Program-made: the position numbers and the translations under genes
Shown here: piece after piece, positions 35,015 to 44,518 of the stretch
Layout of the letters: each line of letters opens with the position of its first letter
Position numbering within the stretch: position 1 is the stretch's first letter
Notes under the pieces: generated by a model
The model's database searches: none
Told to the model about the DNA's origin: nothing
Seen by the model: the letters and a program-made list of their open reading frames with translations, nothing else
From: a virus
Taxonomy: Duplodnaviria; Caudoviricetes
Reading direction: 5' to 3' (one strand)
IMG/VR virus record: IMGVR_UViG_3300037483_000925
Coordinates: 1-64,000 of that record
DNA length: 64,000 nucleotides

Positions 35015-36810
35015 TTCTTTATCACCACTACTTTCTTAGGATTAAAAACAATGATTTGGTTACCACCAACAACTGCCGTTAAGGAACGCTCTTTAATTAT
35101 TATAGAATCATATCCCATTTCCTTAATCGCTTGAGTCATTGCAGCGATCCTTGTATCCCAAGTAAATCCATTTTCTTCTTTAAATTTTCTTTGATTAATC
35201 ATCCAATTTTCACTTCCTTGAGGAAACTTTTCATTTACTTGTTCAAGTAAATTTAAATTTTTATCTATCATTTTTCTTTCTATTGGGTCGGCGACATCTC
35301 TAATTTTTAATCTAAATTCTCTTGCGATTTCATCTTGTCCGCCAGTAAGTATTAAAGGATTATCTAATTTAAGTTTTAATGTCATTGTTGTTTGTTTAAA
35401 ATCTTCTAAGTTACGATAAAGAGCTACTGTCTCTTTATCAATAGCAACATAAACTCCATCTCCCCAGACCCTGCCAAATGCTTTTATCGAAAGATCAAAA
35501 CCTTCCTTTTCAATAGCCTTAGCAGAATCTAAACTGGTCACATGATATACATCTTTAGTATATTGACTGCCTTCAATAAATTTCTCTGCTTCTATTCTAG
35601 TCATAGCTGATTTCCATTCTATCTTTCCAGCTCCAAGCCCGGGCAATTCCCCCATCCCCAGCCCCCCGACCCCCTCCGGGCCGCCGTACCCCCGGAGCCC
35701 GGTCCAGGCCCCGGGCTTGCCCTCCAGGAGCCGGAGCCTGCCCGTGGCCGGGTCCACCAGACCGGAGAAGGAGACCTTGCCCTCGTCGATGAGGCCAAGG
35801 CGCCCCGGACCCACTATGGCCAGTCGGTCCTCATGGAGCAGCTTGGGGAACAGGTCCGAGAACGAGCCCTGGTGGAATCCTTGCATCTCGGGCGGTCTAT
35901 AGGCCCGGCCGATGTCGATGACATCCTCGGATTTGGTCCAGGGTCTGTACGCCTTGTCCATCTCGTCGATGTCCAGGCCTAGCTCCCGCCAGGTTGCCGT
36001 CACGGGCAACAAAACACATCGTCAGCGATGATGCAAGGGACAAGCCGGAGGTTTTTCTGGATAAATATACTCATTCCCGTCCAAGGCGGCGCATTGTAGA
36101 CAGGTGCCCCGACCCCTTTTGCCCCCAACTTCCAGCGTGGCGCACCATCTTTCACCCTTGACGATATCCCGATTAGCGGCATAAACAGATTGCATGGCCC
36201 CGACATTGGCGCTCTGCACGTAGGTCCTGGCCAGGGTCACGGCCTCGGTCCGGGTCATGTCCCAGCCCTGCATGATCCTATCCACCAGGTCCGGGTAGCC
36301 CTCGCCCTTGAGCATCCCGGCCATGATCTCGTTCTTGATGCCCGAGACCATGTTCCGGTCGAAGGTCCGGCCCACCCAGTCCTGGAGCAGCCTGCCCCCG
36401 ACCGGGGTCTCGATGGCGAGGGACCGGACCTGGGCGGCGGTCAGGGCCAGGGCCTGAAAGGGGACCCTGCCATCCCAGGACAGGATATCCCCGTGCATAG
36501 CCAGGGAGGCGGAGCCGGCGTGCCCCGCCATGTCCGCAATATGGCCGGTGAGATAGTTCTCGATGCCCTGGGTCATAGAGCCGAGCTCGTCCAGCAGGGC
36601 CATGGACCTCTCCTCGTCCCAGGTAGATGGAACAAAAAGAGCACCCTTGGCCCTGGCCTCCAGCTCGGCCATGATCTCGTTCTGGGCCTGGCCCACGGCC
36701 TTGAGCAGGGGTTTGAGCGAGGCCTCAGTGAAGCCGTCGAGCTGGTCCTGCCAGGCCGCCATCCTGGCAAGGCGGATCAATTCCTCAGTTTTTTTGGTAG
36801 AGATGGGCAC
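35011..36810 (-). CDS. MuF head-morphogenesis protein with ADP-ribosyltransferase-like C-terminal domain, 599 aa if in-frame UGA at 36022-36024 is decoded
   Basis: ORFs 36022..36810 and 35011..36012 are in one frame: TCLQCAALDG...PLHHR*RCVLLP; ART motifs YHVT...GF...GDGVY...GYDSII. Confidence 0.85.
35993..36010 (-). promoter_or_regulatory. putative bacterial SECIS-like hairpin
   Basis: GUUGCC-CGUGAC-GGCAAC starts 11 nt after the UGA; G-U at loop positions 2-3. Confidence 0.5.
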
Positions 36811-37106
36811 TAATTATTTCCCATGCAACTCAAGGCCCATTCTTTTGCCTTGATAAAGGAAATGACCCCTTTTAACTCCTTATAACCGGATGGCCCCTCT
36901 AAGGTCCACCTTCTCAATCTTGCAGCTGGCCACCAAGTCAGCTTATGTCCCAGAATCTCCCAAGAGACGGAAATCAACAGGACTGGCTCATTGCAATCGC
37001 AATTAAAGACACCGATCTCAAAACTCATATTGCCCCTGGACAAATGGTATTGCGTTATAAGTCCCTTGGGGAAATCATTCATGGTAATTTCGGGAACTTC
37101 GGCCAT
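36810..37106 (-). CDS. hypothetical protein
   Basis: 98-aa AT-rich ORF with RBS, stop overlaps the MuF start. Confidence 0.55.
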   Translation of the reverse strand: MAEVPEITMNDFPKGLITQYHLSRGNMSFEIGVFNCDCNEPVLLISVSWEILGHKLTWWPAARLRRWTLEGPSGYKELKGVISFIKAKEWALSCMGNN

Positions 37107-37130
37107 TTTATATCTCCATTATCGCAAATC

Positions 37131-37436
37131 TCATTTCCCCTCCAGCCTCCGGACCCGGTCCCTCTGCTCATCAACCGTGGTCCTTAATTCCTTCATATGC
37201 TGGCGCACGGTGGGGTCGGTGGCATAACTGGCATCGACCCCATACCTGTCCTCCAGCTTCCAAAGGCGGTCCTGGGAGGTCGACAGCTTGTCCGACTCGA
37301 TCTTGTAGTCCAGGCGCCGCTCGATGGCCTTGACATCCTGGCACTTGGCGTAGTTGGCATCCAGGAAAAAGTAGATGCCGAAGGCCATGCCGACGATCGT
37401 CAGGACCGTCACAATGGCACCGATCTTGTCTTTCAT
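37131..37436 (-). CDS. TM plus coiled-coil protein (holin/spanin-like)
   Basis: N-terminal TM AIVTVLTIVGMAFGIYFFL followed by coiled coil. Confidence 0.55.
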   Translation of the reverse strand: MKDKIGAIVTVLTIVGMAFGIYFFLDANYAKCQDVKAIERRLDYKIESDKLSTSQDRLWKLEDRYGVDASYATDPTVRQHMKELRTTVDEQRDRVRRLEGK

Positions 37437-37879
37437 TGTTCCCCCTCCCTAACCACCCTGACCATAGCCTTCCTGATCCCGAACGCCAGGGCCTTTCCGT
37501 GGCTTGGGATCCAAATGTCGACGCGATACCCTCTCCATTGAGTAGGCATTAAATCGGCGAAAACAAACCTCCCTACTCCGGTGACCTCGATGGTGCAGCC
37601 AAACCGGTAGTCGTACTGTCCTGGACCCCTGTAGAGGCCCAGGTCCTTCGCCAGCTTCCGGGAAAGGGCAATGGGCGGCCTGCCATGCTGCTCTTGGATT
37701 TCGGCCGTTCTTGGCCCTGATGTCGTTCTTCCCTTCAGGCAATAGGCTGTGATCGTGGCTTGGCGAGCAGATGATGATTGTGTCATTGTCTGCTCCATTG
37801 CCTGAATAGGTAATGGTTGGCACTGTTCCGGAAGTGGATTTGGGATTAGAAGAAGGATAGCAGTTAACCATAATCTCAC
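37433..37879 (-). CDS. 3D-domain/RlpA-like peptidoglycan lytic transglycosylase with signal peptide
   Basis: TITAYC...TTSG...IALSR...FGCTIEV...ADL...RVDIWIPS...ALAFG. Confidence 0.8.
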   Translation of the reverse strand: MRLWLTAILLLIPNPLPEQCQPLPIQAMEQTMTQSSSARQATITAYCLKGRTTSGPRTAEIQEQHGRPPIALSRKLAKDLGLYRGPGQYDYRFGCTIEVTGVGRFVFADLMPTQWRGYRVDIWIPSHGKALAFGIRKAMVRVVREGEQ

Positions 37880-38038
37880 TCGTGCTGGCGATTGGGTGCC
37901 AACCCGTTATGTCCATGATCCATGATGACTACCTCCCGTGTCATTCGCCCCATATCATCGTACAGATGACGGAGCAATAGCTATTCCATAGAAACATAAG
38001 AAAAATCAGGACAATGATAGCGGCCTTGGCCGGAACAG

Positions 38039-38233
38039 TCATTTCTCCAGGCCCGGGGGCTGGTCCCACTCCCCTTCATCCGTGGGCTCATAGCCGGAGC
38101 CTATCCTGACTCCCAAGCCCCGGTACTCGGGATCGGGGCCGGGATCATCCGCCCCTGCCTCGTCCCAGAGCCTGACCTTAGCCTTCCCGTCCGTCTTACC
38201 ACAGCATCTTCCCAAGCCCAGGAACTTCCTCAT
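38039..38233 (-). CDS. hypothetical protein
   Basis: Start MRKFLG with GGAGG RBS. Confidence 0.45.
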   Translation of the reverse strand: MRKFLGLGRCCGKTDGKAKVRLWDEAGADDPGPDPEYRGLGVRIGSGYEPTDEGEWDQPPGLEK

Positions 38234-38301
38234 GGCTCCTCCAGGAAAATCCCCGGGACCTGGCCTCACCCCCCGGTGTTGGCCGGACCCGGGGCCTGCT
38301 A

Positions 38302-38619
38302 CTAATCATTCGGTCCGACTCTTTCTCCTGCAATGAATTCGGCTATCTTGTCCTCCAATTCCTTGATCCTGACGGCCTTGGAGTCCAGGTTGCAGAGCAG
38401 CAATTTGATTGTTGCGTCCTTGTCCTCGATGACCTTCTCCATGCCCTGGACGAAGGCCTTGACCTGGAGTCTGTTCCTGTTGAACTGCTGCTCCATCTCC
38501 TGAAGCCTTTTGTTGGCCTCCTGGGCAGCGTAGTACATCTTGACCTCGGGATAGGTCCAGGTGGGGAGCTCGGGGAGTTGGTTCTTTTGAAGACTGGATT
38601 CATCAAGTTTGCCCATCAT
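38302..38619 (-). CDS. hypothetical coiled-coil protein
   Basis: 105-aa ORF with heptad pattern, TGATG overlap. Confidence 0.6.
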   Translation of the reverse strand: MMGKLDESSLQKNQLPELPTWTYPEVKMYYAAQEANKRLQEMEQQFNRNRLQVKAFVQGMEKVIEDKDATIKLLLCNLDSKAVRIKELEDKIAEFIAGERVGPND

Positions 38620-38786
38620 CCCTTCCCTTTCTTTTTCTTGGCATGCTCCCGGTTCTTGATCCCTGCGCTGATCTCGGCGTCCCTTCTGGTATCGGATTCG
38701 CCCTCGACCTTGCCCGTAGGCCCCACGATCTTCCAGGGCTTGCCACCCTCACCCTTCCTCCTGGCCCTGACATGGACCGGCATCAT
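38616..38786 (-). CDS. small basic protein (56 aa)
   Basis: Read manually, MMPVHVRARRKG...KKKKGKG, GGAGG RBS. Confidence 0.55.
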   Translation of the reverse strand: MMPVHVRARRKGEGGKPWKIVGPTGKVEGESDTRRDAEISAGIKNREHAKKKKGKG

Positions 38787-38899
38787 TGGCCTCCTATCCT
38801 AATATTTTTCCCAGCCACTTGGACCATTCCACGAGGCCGGTCCACCAGACCCAGCACATCCAACCCAAGAACAGGTAGCTCATTAGATTGCCCATGGTC

Positions 38900-39133
38900 T
38901 CAGCCTCCGACAGTGGGATTGTATTCGATGACGACCCTGCCCTGCCTGGCCTTTCTGATCTTGAGGCAATAGACAGGATGAAAGAATGGGAAGACCGGGG
39001 CCTCATCCCTGATCGTATTCGAGAGGTAATCATATTCCCAGGGGGCCACGTACCCAGTCTCGTTATACCTCATGGAGGCTACACTGGCCTGCGTAGGGCC
39101 GGGGCTGTCGATGATCCTCTCCACTTCAGCCAT
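38900..39133 (-). CDS. hypothetical protein
   Basis: Strong RBS and upstream GCTATAATA motif. Confidence 0.6.
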   Translation of the reverse strand: MAEVERIIDSPGPTQASVASMRYNETGYVAPWEYDYLSNTIRDEAPVFPFFHPVYCLKIRKARQGRVVIEYNPTVGG

Positions 39134-39178
39134 TGGTTTTTCTCCCTCCTTCCCATATTATAGCCGATTCCGGGAAAA

Positions 39179-40732
39179 TCATTGGACGGTAGCTCCCGGA
39201 ACAGGGGCGGCCGTGCCAGGGGCGGCGGGCGGTCTCAGGAACGAGCCGGCCAGGCCCCCGACCGCGGACGACTGCAACGCCTGGTTCTGGAGGGCGGCCT
39301 CCACCTCGACCGGGTCGATGTCCTCGTTGAGCCAGCCCTTGTCCTGGAGCACGGTGATGGCTGTCTTGGTATCCAGCAGGATCTTCTGGGGGCAGCCTGC
39401 GGCCTTGAGCACCTGGTCGATGTCCTGGAGGGACAGGGTGATGCCCCTCAAATCCACCTTCACGGACCCGCCGGCGTCCTTGCCCTTGCCCAGCCACCTG
39501 GCGGTGTAGGCCAGTGCTGTCTCCAGGCAGTCCCGGAGGCGAAGGGCGGCCACCTGGAGCTGGCTGGTGGTCTTGGCCTCGTTGATGGCCTCGCCCGTGG
39601 CCGTGGGTGCCTGCCCGGTCCGGGGCATGAGCATCCTGAGCCCATACTTGGCCATGTCCTCCTTCAGGTCCTGGAGGTCAGTCCTGGCGGAAGTTATGGC
39701 TGCCCCGGAATGCTCGGCGTAATAGAATTTGGCATTCTCACTGGTCGACTTGCAGACAGTCAAGGGACCGAGCGTGATCTCAGTCTCGTCGGTGATTATG
39801 CCCGTGGCACAGAAGATGGGGAAGCAGGCCACAGTCATGACGTTGTCATAGTCCGACTGCTTCTGGAAATGCCGGATGCTCTGGTAGGCCAGGTCCAGGA
39901 GCGGGGGTATGGCAGTCATGAAGCCGTTGTCCTCGTCGGCGTAGAATGTCACCAGGGGAATGTAATTCAGGGGCTTGCCATCGTACCCGACTATGGGGCC
40001 GCCGCCGTTGCCCGAGGGGTCGCCCTCCTTGATTTCCTTCCACTGGCCGTCCTCGTCCTTGCGGAAGATGCGGAACCTGCCCGGCTCCAGGACTCGGATC
40101 TGTTCCTCGGCGGTGGTCCCGAATTCCCCGTCCTCCTCCTCGACCGCCTCCCTGATCCGGACCTGGGAGAGGACCGGCCTGCCGCCCTCCATCTTGTACC
40201 TCCAGGCGAAGACCTGGGAGGCCCGGTACATCACCCAGTAGGGGCGATGCCCAGCGGCCTTTTTCTCGGCCTCAGTCCCGATCCCGGGCGGGATGGGGGT
40301 GGAGTCCACCAGGAGATGGACCAGGCCGGACCTGAGCCCCTGCTTGAACAGGTTCTGGGCGAATACCTGGAAGTGGTTGCCCTCCCGGTCGATGTCCTCC
40401 ATCAGTCCGGGCTCTGCGTCTGTGCCCAGGATTTCCACGGGCACGTCCTCGTCCAGGGCCGGGGGTTTGGAGAAGACCTTGCCGGTGAGCATGCCCACGG
40501 TATCCTCAAAGGCGTCGTAGAGGGTGGCCTGCATCCAGCGCCGCTTGTAGTTCTCTGGCTTCTCGTCGGCGAACTTGGGCAGGTAGGCGTCGTGCTCCTC
40601 CCGGAGCCGGGCGGTACCCTGACGGAGGTCGTCCACCAGCTTGAGCCAGGGCTCCATTATCAGATATTGGTCGTGCTTCTGATCGACGCCCTTGGCGGGA
40701 TTGGCGAGCAGCTCGACGGTATTGGCCATCAC
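39179..40732 (-). CDS. portal protein (DUF4055-like)
   Basis: YLPKFADE...YKRR...LYDAF, PPLLDLAY; follows terminase. Confidence 0.9.
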   Translation of the reverse strand: MMANTVELLANPAKGVDQKHDQYLIMEPWLKLVDDLRQGTARLREEHDAYLPKFADEKPENYKRRWMQATLYDAFEDTVGMLTGKVFSKPPALDEDVPVEILGTDAEPGLMEDIDREGNHFQVFAQNLFKQGLRSGLVHLLVDSTPIPPGIGTEAEKKAAGHRPYWVMYRASQVFAWRYKMEGGRPVLSQVRIREAVEEEDGEFGTTAEEQIRVLEPGRFRIFRKDEDGQWKEIKEGDPSGNGGGPIVGYDGKPLNYIPLVTFYADEDNGFMTAIPPLLDLAYQSIRHFQKQSDYDNVMTVACFPIFCATGIITDETEITLGPLTVCKSTSENAKFYYAEHSGAAITSARTDLQDLKEDMAKYGLRMLMPRTGQAPTATGEAINEAKTTSQLQVAALRLRDCLETALAYTARWLGKGKDAGGSVKVDLRGITLSLQDIDQVLKAAGCPQKILLDTKTAITVLQDKGWLNEDIDPVEVEAALQNQALQSSAVGGLAGSFLRPPAAPGTAAPVPGATVQ

Positions 40733-40995
40733 TTGACCCCCTTCTTGGATTTGGTCGGTTTCCTAACTACCGGCTTAGCCTGGGACATGTCGGGAGCCTT
40801 GGCCGCCACCTTGGCCATGGCCTTGGCCTCCTTAGCCTGCTTATCCGCCATGACCTGGGCTTCCTTTGCGGCCGCGGCCAGCCTCTTGGGATCCTTCATG
40901 ATTACCTGGGACTCTGCCAAAGTCCGGGCATCGGACTCCGCTTGCCACTTCCTGTCCTGAGCCGTCATCTTGGGCTGCGATGCTGTAATTGCCAT
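40729..40995 (-). CDS. small basic Lys/Ala-rich protein
   Basis: WQAESDARTLAESQVIMKDPKR; RBS. Confidence 0.65.
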   Translation of the reverse strand: MAITASQPKMTAQDRKWQAESDARTLAESQVIMKDPKRLAAAAKEAQVMADKQAKEAKAMAKVAAKAPDMSQAKPVVRKPTKSKKGVK

Positions 40996-40998
40996 AGA

Positions 40999-41635
40999 TT
41001 ATTCCTCCTTGATCTCTCCCCTGAAATCCAGGTTGTTGTCGACGAATACCTGGTAAAGGCCCTGGGCCATAGCCTCGGTCACCGTCTCCTTATCCTCCAG
41101 GCCGGGACAGAAGCAGAGATGGATGGCATGGTTGATCTCATGCAGCAGAATGGCCCACTTCTTGGACTCGCAGATGGCCACCCCGCCGGCGTCGACGCCG
41201 GCAACATGGATTTCGTTCACATGATTGTGGCAACGACCATAGAGATCTTCCCGATCGTTGAACAGGTAAGGGAACCTGACATTCATGTCATGGCCCCCGA
41301 CCCTGATCCTTTTCGGGAACCGGTCTCCGATCAGAAAAGCGGGATTGTCCAACAAAACCTGGGTCCAACCGCGGCCCAAACCCGGAGCGACATTTTCCGG
41401 GACCTCATCGATGTCGTAGTAGACATGAAGAACATAACAAAGAATCTCGGCAATGAGATAACCCTTGATCCTGGAATCCGCATACCTGACCCCCGGACTG
41501 ATTGAACCCGGAAATCCTGATTTGGCAAGCGGCCGTATCCCCCTGGCTACAATAGCCACCCCCTTCCCTGAACTGGTAGGGAAACAGCACCTCCACCCTG
41601 TGGCCGCCGATCTTCAGCTCCTTGGGGAAGACCAT
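40999..41635 (-). pseudogene. two-domain HExxH metallopeptidase-like gene split by a +1 frameshift at a G5 run (41490-41494)
   Basis: Frame 1 MVFPKELKIGGH...QIRISGFNQS and frame 2 VRYADSRIKGYLIAEI join into an exact-length paralogue of the second domain FPKRIRVGGH...EIHVAGVDAGGVAICESKKWAILLHEINH. Confidence 0.65.
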
Positions 41636-41758
41636 CAGCAGCTCCCCTGGACCAAGAATCCGGTAATCAGGTAGGCATGGACCTCGTTGTCTAGCATGTA
41701 CTCGACATTGGCCCCGCTGAGGCGGCCCACGATGAAGAGCCAACCGGACCAATGCCAT

Positions 41759-41950
41759 TTATCGCTCATCATCGCCATCATTGTCCTCCGACATGACCCT
41801 GATCAGGGGGATCATGGCCTCGAACTCCCCGGCCCTGGCCAGGCAGCCGTCCAGGTACTCGTCGGAGATGGGACCAATGTCCGGCTTCATGGTAAATTGC
41901 CACAGGCCAAACTCACAGCAGGGACCGGACATGGGATTCTCCTTTACCAT
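41759..41950 (-). CDS. hypothetical protein
   Basis: 63-aa ORF. Confidence 0.35.
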   Translation of the reverse strand: MVKENPMSGPCCEFGLWQFTMKPDIGPISDEYLDGCLARAGEFEAMIPLIRVMSEDNDGDDER

Positions 41951-42324
41951 GGCGAGATGTCGGACTTGAACAGCCCGTGCTCGTCCAGGTTCTCGAGGGG
42001 CTTGGCCCCTCCTTTTATTATAGCGAATTTCCCGAATTCCCTAACAACGGCATGGGGCTTCTCCCCGGCACAGGGTCTGCCCCCATCCCTGATCCTCTTG
42101 ACTTCGGCCCACCCGGGCCAAGCATCGATGAAATCGCCCAGGGCCATGACCAGCCAGGCCGAGAAATCATCCTCCATGTCCTTGGGCAGGAGCCCGGGCT
42201 GAGTCTCCAGCTGGATCTCGCCGGCGTCCTCGGCCACCCTGATATGGGCCTTGAAGATGCGGCCGCACCTGGCCCTGCCGAAGTTCCACCACTCGCACTT
42301 GAGGCACCGCTCGGGCGTGGTCAT
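41944..42324 (-). CDS. hypothetical protein with N-terminal Cys cluster
   Basis: CLKCEWW...C; RBS. Confidence 0.55.
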   Translation of the reverse strand: MTTPERCLKCEWWNFGRARCGRIFKAHIRVAEDAGEIQLETQPGLLPKDMEDDFSAWLVMALGDFIDAWPGWAEVKRIRDGGRPCAGEKPHAVVREFGKFAIIKGGAKPLENLDEHGLFKSDISPW

Positions 42325-42343
42325 GGATTGTCCCCCTCTGTTA

Positions 42344-43810
42344 TCAATAGCTCGCCTGCTGGACCGTGGTCACCTGAACTGGGGTCATGATCTCGTATCT
42401 GGAATCGTCGTAAACATGGTCCTCGGCATTGGTATCGACGTCATCCAGCTTCTTGGGGTCCCTGGGTAGGACCGGCACTGTCCTGATGAAATGGCGGCAG
42501 GTGTCGAACGTGAAGAGCCCCGGCTCCTCCATGGGAACCTTGGTGGCCGCCCTGAGCATCATCCTGAACCTCTCCAAACCCGTCTGCCTGGACCCGGGGC
42601 GCTTGTCGGCGGCGACCCAGCGGACCCCCACCCGGGCCATGTCCGCGGCTATGGTGCTGTCAGAATCGAAGATGGAGGCGTCGGCCGGGCCTGGCCTGAT
42701 CTGGGTCCTGTAGGGCAAAAACTTCTCGATCTCCATAATCCCCCGGGCAATCTCCGGGGCCAGCATCTTGCAGCCCACGTCCGGGTCCTTGCCATTCCAC
42801 CCGTACCATTCCGCCAGCCTGATCCGGGAGCCGGAGTAGAAGGTCCTGACCTTGTCCCCCGCCTGGACCTGGGAGCCGTCGGCGATCCCCCACCAGCCCA
42901 CGGAGAAGGGCTTGCTGCTGCCCCAGTCGAAGGACCTGGACACCCTCCAGGTATGCGGGATCTTGAATGGAGGCAGGATGTGCACGGCCGGGTCCCAGAC
43001 GTCGTCTATGGCCCCGCCGGCCACGATGTCCCAGATGCCCCACCTGAGGGCCTTGACCATGGACGCCGACCCTGCCCCGGACAGCCTGTCCTCGTAGGTG
43101 GGGTCGTTCCGGAGCTGGGTAGGGTTGTCCTCCAGCAAGGACAGGATATACTGCCGCCTCATGCCCCCGTCCTCGGGCGGCATCTGGGTTATCCTACCCA
43201 TGGGGGCAATGTCCACGAAATCGGCCTTGACCCAGTTGTGGCCGATGCCCCCGGGGTTGGCGCTGGTCAGGATGCGGGGGAACAGGCCCCTGAATTGCCC
43301 GGAGAGCTCGAGGCCGCCGAGCCTGACCTGGGCACGCAGGAACTTGTAGACGTCCTTGCTCCACTGCTCCAGCTGGTCGATCATGAGGACGTGGATCTCG
43401 GCCCCCTGGTAGTTGTTCATGTCCGTATCGTGCTGGCAGTGGCAGAGGTGGATCTTGCTCCCGTTCCAGAACTGGAACGAGTTCTTGCCCGTGAACTTGA
43501 CATCGCCCCACACCATCAAGGGGCGAAGCAGGGAGAACAGTGAGCTGGGGCCGTCCATGTGGTTCCGCCAAAGATCGGGGAAGATGCGACGGAAGAGGTA
43601 GACCTGAAGGCCGGGGATTGCGTAGCACCAGCTTATGGCGGCGGCCCTCATCAGGTGGCTCTTGCCCCCGCCCTTGGCCCCGCCGAACATGATCTCGGTG
43701 GCCTCGGACTGGAAGGCAAAGGCCTGCTTGGGATGGAGGCCGAGGTTGACATCGCCCTCGACGGGGGTGAAGGATTCCGCCGAATGGTATTGGAGGTCGG
43801 CGTTAATCAA
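42344..43810 (-). CDS. terL: terminase large subunit
   Basis: Walker A GGAKGGGKS, LMIDQLE Walker B, SANPGG, RSFDWG, EDHVYDDSRY nuclease motif. Confidence 0.95.
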   Translation of the reverse strand: MINADLQYHSAESFTPVEGDVNLGLHPKQAFAFQSEATEIMFGGAKGGGKSHLMRAAAISWCYAIPGLQVYLFRRIFPDLWRNHMDGPSSLFSLLRPLMVWGDVKFTGKNSFQFWNGSKIHLCHCQHDTDMNNYQGAEIHVLMIDQLEQWSKDVYKFLRAQVRLGGLELSGQFRGLFPRILTSANPGGIGHNWVKADFVDIAPMGRITQMPPEDGGMRRQYILSLLEDNPTQLRNDPTYEDRLSGAGSASMVKALRWGIWDIVAGGAIDDVWDPAVHILPPFKIPHTWRVSRSFDWGSSKPFSVGWWGIADGSQVQAGDKVRTFYSGSRIRLAEWYGWNGKDPDVGCKMLAPEIARGIMEIEKFLPYRTQIRPGPADASIFDSDSTIAADMARVGVRWVAADKRPGSRQTGLERFRMMLRAATKVPMEEPGLFTFDTCRHFIRTVPVLPRDPKKLDDVDTNAEDHVYDDSRYEIMTPVQVTTVQQASY

Positions 43811-44376
43811 TCCCCCTCCCCATACCCATTGGCCTCCACAGGCAGTTGCCCCTGGGCCAGGACCTTAACATCCCCCTGCTCCAGGTACAGGTTGATCTGG
43901 GGCCTCTGGTCACCGCCCCTCTGCCTGTTGTCCTGCTCGTACAGGCCCAGGTGCTTGGACAGCCTCTCCAGGGCGGCGCCCTTGGGCCAGAGGGTGAACT
44001 TGGTACGGCGCCTGACCACCTGGAGGTCACTGTCCTCGCTCAGACTCTTGATCACATCCTCTTCTATCTGGAAGGATTGTATGGCGTAGGCTATCTCGTC
44101 AGGGATGTCGGCAGGGCACCCGGGTATGAGCCTGATATCGCTGAAGGCCAGGTGCATCTCCTCCTGGAGGATGTTCTCCACCAAGGTCTTTGCCCTAAGC
44201 TCAAGTAGCTGCCTGCATTCCTTGGAGACAGCATCTCCCACCTTTGCCTTCCTACCTTTAGTGCCTGGTGGCCTGCCCCCGTTCGGGTTCCTTGTGCCCG
44301 GAGGTCTCCCCCTTGGACGTTTGCCGTTTCCATTGCCTGGGGTGGGGTAGGCTACTCTCTTGATGCCATCGTCCAA
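43807..44376 (-). CDS. terS: terminase small subunit
   Basis: LAFSDIR...KFTLWPKGAALERLSKHLGLY; ATGA-coupled to terL. Confidence 0.85.
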   Translation of the reverse strand: MDDGIKRVAYPTPGNGNGKRPRGRPPGTRNPNGGRPPGTKGRKAKVGDAVSKECRQLLELRAKTLVENILQEEMHLAFSDIRLIPGCPADIPDEIAYAIQSFQIEEDVIKSLSEDSDLQVVRRRTKFTLWPKGAALERLSKHLGLYEQDNRQRGGDQRPQINLYLEQGDVKVLAQGQLPVEANGYGEGD

Positions 44377-44412
44377 AATTAATTAATTCCCCTAAAATTA
44401 AATTTTAAATCT

Positions 44413-44442
44413 ATTATAAATAAAAAAATTAATTTTACCTAA
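44413..44442 (-). promoter_or_regulatory. putative late promoter TTAGGT-N18-TATAAT
   Basis: In the AT-rich divergent intergenic region upstream of terS. Confidence 0.55.
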
Positions 44443-44518
44443 GATAAAAATTAAATTAATTAATTCTCTTTATCTTTTTCCCAAAATATTATATAATCCA
44501 AAATAAGGGAGAAAGCTT

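Noticed and set aside
36000-36012. Independent start of the toxin ORF at TTG 36012
   Set aside because: No RBS, and it begins in the middle of the conserved MuF C-R-C-V-L-L-P motif
36022-36024. Genome-wide UGA reassignment (genetic code 4 or 25)
   Set aside because: Many genes end in TGA with ATGA/TGATG coupling and Trp is encoded by TGG throughout; only this one UGA interrupts a conserved motif
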